64,000 nucleotides of DNA from assembly GCA_050084515.1 (NCBI GenBank), contig CM114271.1, positions 22,072,001-22,136,000 of the forward strand, in the 5' to 3' direction. The position numbers and the translations under genes are program-made. The notes beneath the pieces are model-generated. The model was not told the DNA's origin. It saw nothing but the letters and a program-made list of their open reading frames with translations, and did no database searches. This stretch comes from Blasia pusilla (taxonomy: Eukaryota). Of the stretch, positions 1 through 13,609 are shown piece after piece; position 1 is the stretch's first letter, and each line of letters starts with the position of its first letter.

Positions 1-645
1 ATGTTTGCTATGGTCTGTACCAGAGCAGACTTAGCATACCCAGTTGGTGTCTTAGCCAGGTACACCAGCAAACCTACAATAGAACATTGGAAATGTCTGA
101 AGAGAGTACTCAGATATTTGCGTGGCACAACAAGAACATACTTGGAATACAGGCATCAAGAAAATGGACCAATCTTGGAAGGGTTTTCAGATGCAAGTTG
201 GGGAGATGATACTGATGAAAGAAGATCAACAAGTGGATATGTCTTCTTGTTAAGTGGAGGGGTGATCAGCTGGTGCAGTAAGAAACAAAGAACTGTTGCA
301 CTCTCTACAACTGAGGCAGAGTACATGGCGCTTTCTCTTGCTGCTCAGGAGGTGATCTGGTTAAGGAGCTTATTGAATGATCTTGGATATGAACAGATGA
401 CTCCTACATCCCTACAGGTTGACAACAAAGGAAGTATTGCATTAAGCAAAAATCCTGTTCATCATCCTAGAACAAAACACATAGACATCAAACATCACTT
501 TGTAAGAGAAATGATAGGAAGAGAAATCTCCTTGGTTTACTGTCCAACAGAGAATATGGCAGCTGATGTCCTGACCAAACCTCTGTCACAGGACAAACAT
601 AGAAAGTGTATATCTATGATGGGCATTACTCTAAACTCTCATTAA
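1..645 (+). mobile_element. Ty1/Copia pol C-terminus (RT end + RNase H), 5'-truncated by window edge
   Basis: Open ORF with Copia motifs TRADLAYPVG, GFSDASWG, RSTSGY, VALSTTEAEY, VDNKGSI, HPRTKHIDIKHHFVRE, ADVLTKPL. Confidence 0.97.
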
Positions 646-652
646 GAGGGAG

Positions 653-1419
653 TGTTGAAATTTGTTAATATCTAGTTTAGTCATGCTCTAAAAATAGTTA
701 GTCAGATACTAACTTAGTTGGATACTAATTTAGTTAGCTAGAGATAACTTAGTGTTCCTCTATCTTTTAGGGTAACCTTGAATTAGGCAATTCTCGAGTT
801 AGGGTTAGCCACCATCTGTTATTTAGGTATGGATCTGTTCAAGAAGATTTAAGGGCCAGAAGTGCTCACCCTGATGTATATAATGTCTCTGTTTAGAGAG
901 CAGAAGCCAATTCTACAGCATGCACAGTTTTGGTGAGGACTCCTGAGGCTCTTGGTCCTGCTGCAGAGTGATCAGAGAGTAGGAAGAGGAGATTGAGACT
1001 AATTGCTGTGCTTGCTAGAGCCTCACTGGAAGGCAGGTTGTTTTGTCTAGTATGCTGATGGAGATTGTTTGTGCTCAATGGTGAGCCATGTCTGATCTCT
1101 GAGCTGGTGACATGTGAGGACCTGTAGTGTGAGTGCAAGGTGTGGCTGAGTAGAATCCTTCTTAGTATCTCTTAGATAGTAAGAAGAGTCACATCATGGT
1201 AGGGCTCTGATTTGGCAATAGAGATAGGAACTGATTTGCTGATTGTGTACAAGCTGAAATCATGGATGGTCTAGCTGATGCTAGCTCTGACTTTGTACAA
1301 GGAGATACTTCTGCTGGTCAATCATATTCTCAGGTTATGGGCCCACCCCAAACCTTTCTCCTTAGTGATTTCAGTTTACTAAAGGTCCTCTGGACTGGAA
1401 TTCATAGAGTTTTTTGACA
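653..1419 (+). repeat. Copia 3' LTR (about 767 bp) preceded by a polypurine tract
   Basis: PPT AAGAGGGAG at 644-652 overlaps the pol stop. LTR starts TGTTGAAA at 653. Best matching end is TTTTGACA at 1412-1419 (imperfect terminal inverted repeat). The right boundary is inferred because the 5' LTR is outside the window. Confidence 0.75.
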
Positions 1420-1555
1420 TGGTGCTGCCCTTACTGTGATTTGCAGAGTCGGTAGGATGTAGTTAAAGACCTGCTGGAGTCTGTGTGCACAGTCTTTTAT
1501 TGGCAGATTCCTATGCTCCTGGTGCTTCCTACTAATTTTTTCTTTTGGTTTGTAG

Positions 1556-4500
1556 GCCCTTGATACGCTGGGTTCGATTCGGTGGCGAGTGAATACTAGA
1601 GTTTTGGATGTGATGGAGCAAATATGGCAAGAAGGAGGACGACTGGCTAAGATGGTGGATGCTGAAAACGTTGGTAACAGCTACCTATTTCTTCAGAAAA
1701 ACTTTGTTTTTGCAAGTAAAGTAACAATGTTAGTCTCTTTCTTGCCTTGATTGTAATGAAGAATGTAAAGTACATTAAGTATTGAAGATGGCTGTAATCA
1801 GCCCAGTGTCTCAGGTACAATTTGTGGCACTCTGTACCTTATTATCCTTTCATTTTCGGGGAAGACTTATGCTATGTCAACTCTCAGGCTGGTTACTAAT
1901 TGATGGATAAAAGATGAGACTTTGTGGTTCATGAGACTTTGCGACCTTCGGGAAATTCTATTACTTGGCTTATGCTGATGGATGCAAATTGTGGATATTC
2001 CTAGGTCTTACCTTTGATGTTATTCTGAAGAGTCCCAGGACTTTTGATATGTAGGTCCCGATACCTAGCAGACCAGATACAGAGGATGAAGCTCAGATCC
2101 GAACCTGGAGGCGGGAAATAGGAAAGGCAAAACGCATTAATAGTGAGAGATATTCTCTCCGTTGTGACACTGAACTTAAACTCACTGTGAGTATCTAGGG
2201 CTATTGGCAGTTGTGTCGTAGAACAGAAATGTAGAGAACCCTGATGGTGTTTCATGGAATTCAAATTCTTGTAGGGACTTTGGTGGGGTCAATTTGAATG
2301 AGTCTTTATCCAAAGGTATCCTTAACATCATCTCAAGTCAGTCTTATCAGAGTGCTCGAGGAGGGGAGGCACTATCATCTCAATTATACTTAATATCAAT
2401 GTAATGGAGTAAGCAGTGCCCAATGTAGGATGTAATTAGAGGTGTTTTGGAATTCAGCTGAACCTTATTATGCTCTCTGCAACAGGTTGCTAGGAAGTTG
2501 CGGGATGAGGAGGCATTTTACTATCCACACAATTTGGACTTTCGTGGGCGTGCCTACCCTTTGCATCCTCATCTGAATCACTTGGGTTCAGACATGTGTA
2601 GAGGAGTGCTTGAGTTCGCAGAGGGTCACCGACTTGGGCCTACAGGATTACGCTGGTTGAAGATACATCTAGCAAATGTGTTCGCTTGTGGTGTTGATAA
2701 GTTGTCTTTTGATGGACGAGTTGCCTTTGCAGATGAGAAGATGGATGACATCTTTGATTCTGCAGAGAGGCCATTGGAGGGGAGGCGATGGTGGCTTAAA
2801 GCTGAGGATCCTTTTCAATGTCTTGCCACATGCATCAGTATAAGAGACGCCCTCCAATCAGAAAATGTTGAAGCTTTTGTTTCTTACTTGCCTGTCCATC
2901 AGGTTGATATCTTTTCGTTTGTGTTATTGCCCATCTCTGTCAAGGTCAATGAATTGATTTGTTTTAGTGGGGAGTTTGGGCAGAGCACATAAGGGGGAAA
3001 CTATTAGCTGTCAATCAAAAGATGTTTTTGTTTTTTGGAGAGCTAAGGTGGATAATGAGTCTGACCCTCAGATCTCACTGCTGTCCTCCGAAGTGAGACT
3101 CACTGTTAGTTTTGGGCTGTCAGCCGGGTCAATAGGTGTAAAAGTAGGCACTAAATGAATGTGAACACAATTTGAATGCAGGATGGATCATGCAATGGCT
3201 TGCAACACTACGCTGCGCTGGGTCGAGATCAGGTTAGAGATAGACGTCTTCTGTTATTGGATACTTGCTGGTGAATTTGATGCTGAAACCCATAAGCTCT
3301 TCTTCCTTACTGTCTATGAACGTAAGATTAGTCTTCGTAGAGTCCAAATGCAGAATGAGTTGCCGTTTTGGCTACAATCTTGCTTGGATACCAGATTATA
3401 AATGTGGGGTAGTTAAATTGTGAGTATCCAAGACCAGTAATGTTGAAATGGTCATGGGTATAGGTTTCTGACTCTCACAGTCTGAGTTATGTTCATTTTG
3501 CATCACGGATATAAATGTCACAGGTTGGAGCTGAGGCAGTGAACTTGATAGCTGGAGATGCCCCTGCAGATGTTTACTCAGGAATCGCAACCAGGTATTC
3601 AGCAATTTCTCTTCGATTTTTTCATGTCTGTGTGAACATGGTGAGGGCCTAAAATTAGTATATCTGAGGCAGGTGAGATATAGATACTAGTATTTAGTAT
3701 TAAGTGCTGTCATTTTTCTTTGTGAGGGCTCTGGATATCACATGAAAATTACCCATCAAGAATCCTCTACTTGAGCTCTACCAAATGGATTTTCCTAGTC
3801 CATTTCTGCAGCTGGCATGGCTCATGCAATTTGGTGTTGTAGAAGAAGAGATGTTTCCAGTATTGTCACCCTCTATTTCAAAAGGAACAAGTGAATGGGA
3901 GTAGATGCTGTCGGTGTGTCTCTGTGGACAACAAGAACAAACCTTAAAATCTACCGAGTTTTAGTAAGCATCTATCCCATCACGATGTGCAGAAAACCTT
4001 AAGCGGGGTTTGCAGCGTAGCTTTACTACCTGTCAAGTCTGCTTCTTTCTGATGCAGTTTGCTGTTTTGTGGTTGGTCCAGAGTACGTGCGATAGTTGAA
4101 AAAGATGCCAAAGATGATCCGAGCTCCAATCCCAATGTTGAGAAGGCCAAACTTCTGCTGGATCAGGTATGGAATCAGACCTTAGTAGCTAGGGGGAAGT
4201 CACTCTCGTGTCTCTCTTGAGTTCGTCCTTTTTGGTCTTGACAGTGTACAGTTTGTAGCTGTGAAGTTAAGGTAGAATCTCGATGGTGTAGTTCGAAAAA
4301 CTTCTATTACCCCAGTGGGGCTCTGCTACTCTGCCATTCACTTCCAAGTATGCATGACAATTTTGCAGATTGATAGGAAACTGGTGAAGCAAACAGTCAT
4401 GACGTCAGTTTATGGTGTGACCTTCATTGGTGCTCGGAATCAAATTTTGAGCCGGCTCAAAGAGAGACATTTGGATGATGAGTCTGCCTTGTACCGGGCT

Positions 4501-6543
4501 TCATGCTATGCTGCCAAAGTAATTGCCAGACTTTTCTCGCTTACAGGCTTTTCCTTTTGATATCTTTTTCTGCTTCTTCAATGCTTTGATTAAATTAAAA
4601 GCTCTGGACTAGATTGATTATATGAAATCCATTATTCATTGCTGGTTTGAGGTGTTATCATGTATCCCACACACCACACACAGCTTTCTAGGTTTCCTGA
4701 CCTTTTACTCTTTACAGGTGACTATTGATGCACTTGGGCAAATGTTTAAAGAGGCCAGATGTATCATGAGTTGGCTTGGCGAATGTGCAAAGGTGAGCCC
4801 AGTAGCTCAGCTTATCTGATGGAAAACGAAAGGTTTGGGAGCCACTAGTTCTTGTTTCCTGTATTGATCCCGAGTTCTCTACACACTCAAGGAGTAAAAT
4901 ACCAAAGCAGGTGTAGGGAAATGAGTTCTCAGAAGAAAGGCGAGGCAATACTATTTTAATTGTTAAGCTTAACTGTTCAATGTTATGAAGATATCCAATG
5001 ATCTGAAAGTTTGCCAGGGGAGTTTTTGTTTCTGGGAGATCAGGGCTTCTCTGGAGAACAGGGATTCAAAACCTAGACTTAAAATGAGTGTAGATCACAA
5101 GTAGATAATAGAGTAGTTGGATTTCAAGTGGCTCACATGTTCCTGTCTGTGATTGCAGATAATCGCTATGGAGGGTGAACCAGTTCGATGGACGACTCCT
5201 TTTGGTTTGCCTGTTGTTCAACCTTATCGGAAACCAGGACGAAAAATGGTTTGTTCACTAAATTCTAAGAAGAAAGTTGATCATCCTTTAAGATGACCTG
5301 ATGTCAATAGCTCTGTGATCTCTATCTGTGCCTGAGCAGTTTTGAACAGGAGGATATTGGACCGCTGCCCTTGTTTGCCCTGGATGGAATGTAGTGATAT
5401 AGTTCTACTCAAGAATAAGCTCTTTTTTTGGCTGTGTGGGGTCTTCATAACTCAAATTTGCAGCTCACATCACATTGGACGTAATTGTATTGTGTATATA
5501 GGTTAAAACATCTCTGCAAGTTCTCGCTTTTAGAGAGGATGGGAACCAACCGGTATGCTTCTCTTGTTTCACAACTGTCCGGATTAAACTGGATTTGGTT
5601 CACCCAGCTTCTTTAGGGATGTTCTGTTGTTTTGGCTTTATTGAAGGCGATGTTTCAGATAGACTTGACATTGGGGTCTGCAGCATGTAGATGTCAATGT
5701 TCAAGACTATTGCATTTTTTCTTTATGTAGGTATCTATCTGCTTGAACCTGGGAGTTTTTTTTTTGGTGTGGAAGTTATGATGATGGTTTGGTTTCATGG
5801 TAGTCATGTTTTGATACTGACGTTCCACTTACGAGGATGATGATGTATGCAGGTGGCAGTTGCGAGACAAAGAAGTGCATTTCCCCCGAATTTTGTCCAT
5901 TCACTGGATGGGTCTCACATGATGATGACCGCCATTGCTTGCAAAAAGGCAGGCCTGAATTTTGCAGGTTGTTGAATTAATTTGAATGACTTGAGATAAT
6001 CCATTCTTTGGTGGTAGAAATTTGTGTTTAGACCAGATTGCTGAAGATCTTCACATTATATTATGAATGTTGTCGACGGTGTAGATGTTTGAGATATTTT
6101 GTCGTGAACCTTCGTATTCTTCATTCATATTCTGGTTGGTTTCTTTGTCGGGTTGATGGTTGCAGGAGTCCATGACTCGTTTTGGACCCATGCGGGAACT
6201 GTTGACCGGATGAATCACATACTTAGAATGAAATTTGTGCAATTGTACAGTCAACCAATTTTGGAAAACGTAAGTTTGATTCCTTGGATTGGTCGTAGAT
6301 GCCAATTGATTTATGAAACTCACAAATGAAGTAAGTCGAAGTGAAAGCTAAATGAGAGGAAGTGCGCTGTTGGACTCGTGTTAGCGTAACCAAGCTCCAA
6401 GCCGACATACTTACGGACGTTTGGGTGTGCAGTTACTAAACGACTTTAAGCAGCAGTTTCCTCATCTGGAGTTCCCAGATGTACCTGTACGAGGTGATCT
6501 AGACCTTCAAGAGGTCATGAGGGCTCCTTATTTTTTCAACTGA
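1556..6543 (+). CDS. RPOT: Nuclear-encoded phage-type (T3/T7-like) organellar RNA polymerase, 13 3' exons; 5' exons lie upstream of the window
   Basis: GT-AG exons in continuous frame: 1556-1669, 2055-2186, 2486-2902, 3182-3232, 3524-3594, 4082-4166, 4369-4518, 4718-4792, 5159-5248, 5502-5552, 5853-5967, 6166-6269, 6433-6543. Motifs [20 protein letters not shown] (A), [14 protein letters not shown] (B), [14 protein letters not shown] (C), C-terminal YFFN*. Confidence 0.98.
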
Positions 6544-8634
6544 GGGTCGTCGCTCACTTTGCCCCCTTAAATCCCACATTCCATTCATGATAAGGATCCT
6601 AGTGTTGATAGCCGGCGAATTTTGGTTATGGCAGAGGCAATTCATAGCTAGTTCTACACTTGGTAGTCCTAGTCCCTTAAAAGGCTGTATTAGTTGGCAA
6701 GGCTCCCGGGCTCCAATATTTGGAGATGGAGTAATGCCGGTGACGTAGAGAGCGAAAGAGGAGAAGAGCTCTCGAGGAAAATCAAAGGTTGGTGTAGACG
6801 AGAGTCAAAGTTTTTTTACCTCAGTAATACCTGTACCCGGAGAGCACCCTCGGTCTGTTGTACATATATTCTAAATCTACGGATTGAGACTTCGTCTGGT
6901 CTTCTCCCCAGACCTAGCGCTTGTCCTGGACGCTGATGGTATGGGACCTCGGATTGTGATTCATTCTTCTCTCCTATCGTCTGCTGCTGATGAATGCCCT
7001 CCTGGATCTAGTCATGGTATTGCATATCTAGCATGTCCTGTACTGTTGGTCCGCTCTTCGATGCCGTCGCCGTTCGCTTCGGATTCCTTGTGTTCATACA
7101 GGTCCCCGTGCTCCTGGACGTTTTGGTGAAGACCTTGGCGGGTATCTCGTCTGCGCTGGCTTCCAAACCACTTTTTTTCTCCTGCGGTTGCTTTCGTAAG
7201 GTGGCATCGTGGGGAGCTGGTTGATGACAAGTAAGGACTACATGCATGTGTTTACGACAGAGCTCCGGTTTCTTCGTCTCCAAGGCACTCGTCGTGCACG
7301 CTACCTACATGTAGACCACGTTAGCCTATACCGCAGGGACCGTGGTTTGTTCTTCGGATTCAATCCGCGAAGTGGGATTATCCACGAAAGGGGAGATTAC
7401 CTCGAGCACAAACTGCCTCGGGCAGAGCCAGACCAGTTTCGCCTCTTGCCACCGCAGGGTACACCAGAACCACGTCACTCACTCACTCGCACTAGCACCT
7501 GTCGAAGTTTAATCCCTCTTGCGCTGGCGTGGAGATTTTTAGAACACATGTGGACAGGGAGGAGTGTCATGGAGACGGGCGTGAAACGCCACCTATGAAA
7601 CGGCCGGTCACGATCTTTTCTCCAGAGATGCGTCGCGCTCTACCTTCTCAAACTGTAACCCTCCTCCGACCTGTTCCAGGCTGGGGACACTGTCCGTTCA
7701 CGATGGCTGGCTGGTCACGAACTTTTCCCAATATCTCCTGTTGTGTCTACACACGCCAAAGAGTAATAGAAAACCTCCAGAACTTTTACCTATATATGCT
7801 TTCTGTCCTAAGGTGTACCCTAAACGAAGGCATACTCCCGGGAATTAGATGATCTTCACCACCGTATGGCTGGTCGCAAGAATCCTCTTCCAAACGATCA
7901 TCCAATCAGGGTCCGGGGAGTTTTTTCGTGACAACTGGTACATTTCCGGTCTCTACAAAAACGAGGGGCAATTTTCGAAGTTTTCGTCATTCCAATCGGC
8001 TAAGTAGACACGAATACAATGGACATCCTCCCTGAACCCTCGGTTTTTGGCCGGTATGTGACGAACTGAATCGGAAATTCTCAAATTCTTCTGGCCAGCT
8101 CAACACGTAACCCCGGTTCTCCTCGGACATTGCATCCAATTATGTGTACATAACAATTATTTTACAGAAATGCAAAAGTTTATTGTACGGATTTGTTGAT
8201 ATTGTGTACTAGTAAGTTTTCGTTATTAAAATGTTCAAGTGAAACAAGAGAAGAGTCCTCAAAAGACAGGTGTCAACCTCGCCAGGAGGGATTTTGTAAA
8301 CCCATACTTTCTCAATAATAAAGATTCTAGGGGATAGAATACTTGCCGAGTTTCAAGATCCTAACCCTATGATTCCTCACTTATTACTAGCCCTTGGGCT
8401 TCATGGAAGAGCTCTTCTTCGAATCCCTACCTAGAAAAAGCGGACTTGATAAAACATGCGTAACGAAAAACCCATCTGGAATATAGAAAAGGGAGGACTC
8501 GAAGAGTCGAGTACATGAAGGCCACAACCCGCCCGGGAAAAGTAAAGGAGGCATCCCCCTATCGGCTAAACTCACCAATGACAAAGACAATATCAACAAC
8601 ACCTAGAGAGACGTGACTACCACTAAGTGGGCCT

Positions 8635-9480
8635 CTAGCATTGGCGTCTCCCACGAGCCCGCCGCAAAAGCCTGTTGGCTTGGGCACGTTGCAAAGCTAT
8701 GGAGACCCGTTGCATACAATAGAGAATTGAAGTAGCTAATGACGACCCATTTCTCGACCGGAGATGATGGGTGCAATCCGTAAAGAACGAGTCAAACCTC
8801 TCCCCCATAGCCCCATGCATTTCTATGGCTTGGGGGACAAATTGATGTCCATTGTGAAGTCGACTGGAGAGATGGGTCTTCTTCACCATCGCTCCTTACA
8901 ACAATCTCCATTGTGCTACCACTTGGGCTCACATAGCCTCCCACGGAGGATCCGTCACTACAACGTTTGCCACCACCACCTCAGCCTCTCGTGTCATATC
9001 AAGATCAGCACGGATAAGGGAATCCCACTTGGAGTAGTGCCTCTCTCTGTGCACGTGGAAGCCACTATCTCGAGCAATACTGAGCATGATATCCGGCATA
9101 GGATCGTGGATGGAAATCCTCTCACCCCCAACAAGACAACGTGCTAAATGCACATCAAGTGGACCCAGACTCGGACGATACTCATAGTGTGTCGTACCAA
9201 CCACTGATGGTTGGGGGAGGCCTAATTGGAACCGCATCGCTGGGTGTAGGTAAGTGGTGCGATATGGAAAGCCGAGATGAGGAGACGAGTCCCTACCCAT
9301 GTGCTTGCCCCCTTTCTAGAGCAAGAGCGAATACGGGCCCGAACCTTTAACATATTGACTCTTGAAACTTCCTCAAAGTGGGCTTCAATCAAAGAAGATT
9401 GGAGCTCAAACTGACTTGAGGTAACTAAGGAGGAGAAACTAGGGAGAATAGCTCTAGCCTCACCTAGAAGGGAAACTTCT
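8635..9480 (-). mobile_element. 5'-truncated, degenerate RLE-type (CRE/R2-like) non-LTR retrotransposon 3' fragment
   Basis: Translations LGLPQP...HLARCLVGGERISIHD...RADL...VVVTDP and FVPQAIEMHG...VSIALQRAQA match the C-terminus of the element at 35.5-39.2 kb. Confidence 0.85.
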
Positions 9481-9538
9481 TTCACGGTTTTAGATGTCGT
9501 CCACCGATTTTTTCAAAATTGAAAATGTTAAGGATATG

Positions 9539-9962
9539 CAACGTTGCACGGAAACAAACAAGTCCATTCATGAGATGGACATGCCCAACCCGCACCTGAG
9601 TCTGCATCCGAGCCCATACGGAGCCCGCCGTGTAGACCCGGGATGACAAAGCCCACACTCGTTGCGTGGCCCCCAACCAGGCCCACGGAGGGCCCGCATG
9701 GCAGGCTGGGGGCGGGCTATGGGTGGGCAAGGGGCCCGCATATGGCCCCACACGGGCCCAACGCAAGCCCCGAGCCCACCCCCAGCCCGACATGCGGGCC
9801 ATGTGCGGTCTGCAGCCCGCCTTGCAGGCTTGGTAGCGGGTCACACAACAGGTGCGGGCTAGGTTAGCACATGTCTATGCGGCGGGCTCGGGTGCGGGCC
9901 ATGGGTACTCGGGCCTGCACGGACATGTCCGCGGACACAGACTTTGTAAGTGTGCAACGTTG
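9539..9962. mobile_element. hAT-type MITE, 424 bp
   Basis: Perfect 11-bp TIR CAACGTTGCAC...GTGCAACGTTG. Perfect 8-bp TSD AGGATATG (9531-9538, 9963-9970). GC-rich GGGCC/GCCC interior, no ORF. Confidence 0.93.
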
Positions 9963-12339
9963 AGGATATGTGTGTCAAAGGAAATATTTTTCTTTTTATT
10001 CAAAATTTTTAAATAAGGTTGATGTCTTTCTTGCTACATGTAGAAAATCACTACTTTGTAATTTACAAACTAGTGATTGAAAACCAAAATCATCAATTAT
10101 CTATGTATAAATTTCTAAATTGGAGGATAACATTATCTTATCAACAATTTATTGTTATAAGATATAAGGATTCAAAAGTAAGGGTTCTCTTATACCCTCA
10201 ACTTATGTTTAAAGAAATGAAGCATGTGTCCACAAGGAAATATTATGTCCCATCTTATCTCTTTTTCCATTCATTCCAATCTATGAGTGTGAATCTAGGA
10301 TTTATGAAGTTACTATTAATTTTTGGTGTAAACTTACATGAGTATCCTTACATTAACATTGTGTCCCAAATGTGAAAACATAATCAGCCACGGATGGGGT
10401 GTTCACCCTTATAATCAACTGTAATTTGTTTTCTACATTTAAATGCATTTAACGATTCAAAATTTGGGTAGACTTGGAACATTTGTGTTTTAAGAGCTTC
10501 CAAGGGGCCATGATGGCACGCTTAGAATGAAGGAGGAATAAGTCTTATTAAATGTGAGAGATGGAAAGTGAAGCATTTGCTATTCAATAAGACCGAATGA
10601 ATCACAAACGTCCCAAGATTAGTTTTTGGGTTGAGGTAATAGGGCATCTTATAAATAAGATAAATACAAATTTTTTTAAGGGAGTACTAATAATGCATAT
10701 GGAGAAGTAAAGTCATAGATGGACTCCACTTGTGAAAACACATATGAGAGAATAAGTGAATTTTTGTAGATTAATCGTATACAAGTGTGCACTTATATAC
10801 AATGTACCAAGACTAAGTTTAAAGTGCATACAATCTAAATTATTTATAAGTGAAGTAATTTTGGTAAGAATTTGAAAAAAAAGGAACACATTCATGAAGT
10901 AGAAATAATCAAATTTTAGGCTAGGATCTTTTAGGTCCTGGGTCTACGATATTTAGTATTTAAATAACTAAGAAAAATATGAGGAGATTTTTATACATAA
11001 ATCCAAAAAGTCAAGAACAATCATACTTTCTCTAGTGGAATAGAAGAATACTTTAAGATCTGAAATATTTGACTCACTTGTACAAGGGAGAGGAATAATT
11101 ACACAAGAGCCTTGTTATGTACTAAGTTTGTTGGCCAAGGAGCTATACATATTACTAGTTCATTGCAAAGTATAATTAAATTCTTCGTATATTTTGGTGG
11201 TGATTCGTGTTCCTGGATGATGGGTTTTGGGATGTTGATCCTTTCTTGCCACATTTGGAAAGCCGTACTTCTTCACTAGGAAGTTGGGCTCTAAGGGTAT
11301 TTATTGTTTTCACCAGAGTAGCCATTACAGATATCCCACTCTTCTTAGAGTATACTTCCCACATAGATAAGGATTCCTTTCCTTGAAAGTATTTTTGACA
11401 GCTAATAAAATCTTCTCTCTTGATAGAGTCTCATGCAGCGTATGGAGAAATCTAGACAGAGTGGGTAGGGAAATCGTTATCCTAGTTCTTCATGGGTTTT
11501 TAATCCATGTGAGGATCTTGAGATAGGTTTCAGAAAGGTATGTCTTAGAGGGTGATTTAGGTTCTTTGAACTGAATTAGATTTCTATGACACCTCATTTA
11601 TGGTACTAGCAACCTAGTTGGCCAAATAATATCATGTAGTAGAAAGTGCATACGTATATATCAACTCAAAATCCGAAACTTGCTAAGTTAAATGTTTGTG
11701 GAGCTAATTTGAAGGACATTGCACAATTTTGTGCACAATATGCTTCTAACCAAAACGCAGATGCTACAACTATGCATAAGTATGATTAACCTACGTATAT
11801 TAGAGGGAGACAACTTTGCTTATAACTATCAATTCAACTTAGGATTAGAAACCAAGATACAAAAAGCATAAAATAGTGAAACCTGATGGGCGAGCCAGTT
11901 GTATACCTATAACACCAACTACACAAACTCCATTTGTAGGGATTCACAATTGCAATAGGGAGAGGAAGAGTTCCAGGGAACGGAAAAACCAAGCGTTGAT
12001 TTTTCCTATGTTGCCAAAGAGGACAACAAGTAATTCATGTTTTGAGATAAGTAGAGCAAGAAAGACAATTGGGAACGATGAGGAAAGAATAAGCTTACAC
12101 TGGAAGAAATCCTTGGTTTTATGAGTCATATATCACCATCAATGACTAGAAGTGACGAGATAATTGTTGAGATACAAAATCCAATATATATCTTCCACAC
12201 AATTTGAATAACTATGGTTTGCAGACATGGCATGAAAAGGTGAGTGATATTATCATGACTGCCATATTATGTAGATGATGTGGCAAGTGATTTGATGGCA
12301 TGCTTTCAATGACAAAAATTCAACCAACCATGCGCCTCA

Positions 12340-12670
12340 TCCTCCATCCATCATGTTCGTCCATTTGCCTTATCCTCCATCTAAATCGCTCTCACCTTCC
12401 ATTTTCCATCCATCAATTTTTCCATTTTTCCATTCTTACTCCGTCTATTTATATGTCCCATCCTCCATACGTCCATCAACTCCTTCTCCATCCACACTCC
12501 ATCCATAAATCCCATTCGTCAATTCCATCCGTCTATGCTTCTCCATCAATTAACATTATTTTTCAACTCCAATTGTCCATGCGTTTCGTTCCCCCATCTG
12601 TCCATAGGCTTTGTCTCCATCCATCCATCCATCCTTTCATCCATACGCCCCACATAGCATCCATCATCTG
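12340..12670. repeat. Degenerate (TCCA)n low-complexity tract
   Basis: Dense imperfect TCCA/CCAT units; strongly pyrimidine-biased strand. Confidence 0.6.
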
Positions 12671-13609
12671 GCTATAAAAACATACATTCAAATGTGCACC
12701 ATGAGGCCCATAGTGGAGTCTTCTACCACTAGCCCACACATTATTATATTACATGTGTTGCAAGTTTAAGTAGATATATAAATATCAGTTTCTCTTTTTG
12801 GATACTTCTATTTTTTTTAGCTCATTTATTTCATTTATTTTAAATTGATTCATGTATTCATCTTCTTTTATTTTTGATTCCATAGGAAGTTAGAACTTGA
12901 TACATAGAATAATAAAGAGGTTGTTTTTTATTAGTTTTAATAATATTGGATAGTATATGATAATAATTAAACCGTTCCCATAATCCAATAGAATATTTTA
13001 ATGGATCATATAAAGCATAATCCAATGGTTATAACAGTTGATGGGAAATTTTATTTTTTTAAACCATATTATACCAAAGAAGAAGAATGGATTCAATTAG
13101 AAATGTGAGAGTTGGTGGACTTCTTGTTTAAAAATGTGAAATTTCAAAGATAAATAAGGATTCATATAGATTAAATACGTGGATTTTCCTCTTTTATGAT
13201 ATTAGAAAACATCAAATACTCCTATTTTCCTTAAATAAGAATGTATGATTTTTTTAAATATTATAGAAGTTATGGTAATATATCCGATATTGAAACTATT
13301 CACATAACTTTTTTATAGAATCAAAACGTTTGAAATCCATCTACTTGTTAAAATAAAATTTTTAATGAAATTAATTTAAATAAGTATATATTAGATTAAG
13401 TGGATAGTAAAGTTTCACTTATAGTAGTTTTTCTGGATATTTATTATTTCTAAAATTAAAAATCATGTAAGTAAGACTAGTCGATATGAATGGATTAAGA
13501 ATAGGTGTATTTTTAAAGAAAATAAATCTCAATTGAAAAAAAAAAGGAAAAAAGATTTTTTTTTATCTAACTATGATAGTCTTGATTTCAAGTTTGCTTT
13601 TCAATTCCA

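Noticed and set aside
1420-1431. TGGT after the Copia LTR read as a PBS
   Set aside because: Continues TGGTGCTGCC, not TGGTATCAGAGC, and this LTR follows the PPT, so it is the 3' LTR
1556-6543. Prophage or viral T7-like RNA polymerase
   Set aside because: Split by 12 spliceosomal introns; it is a normal nuclear RpoT gene
12300-12677. 125-aa His/Pro/Ser-rich ORF
   Set aside because: By-product of the TCCA low-complexity tract
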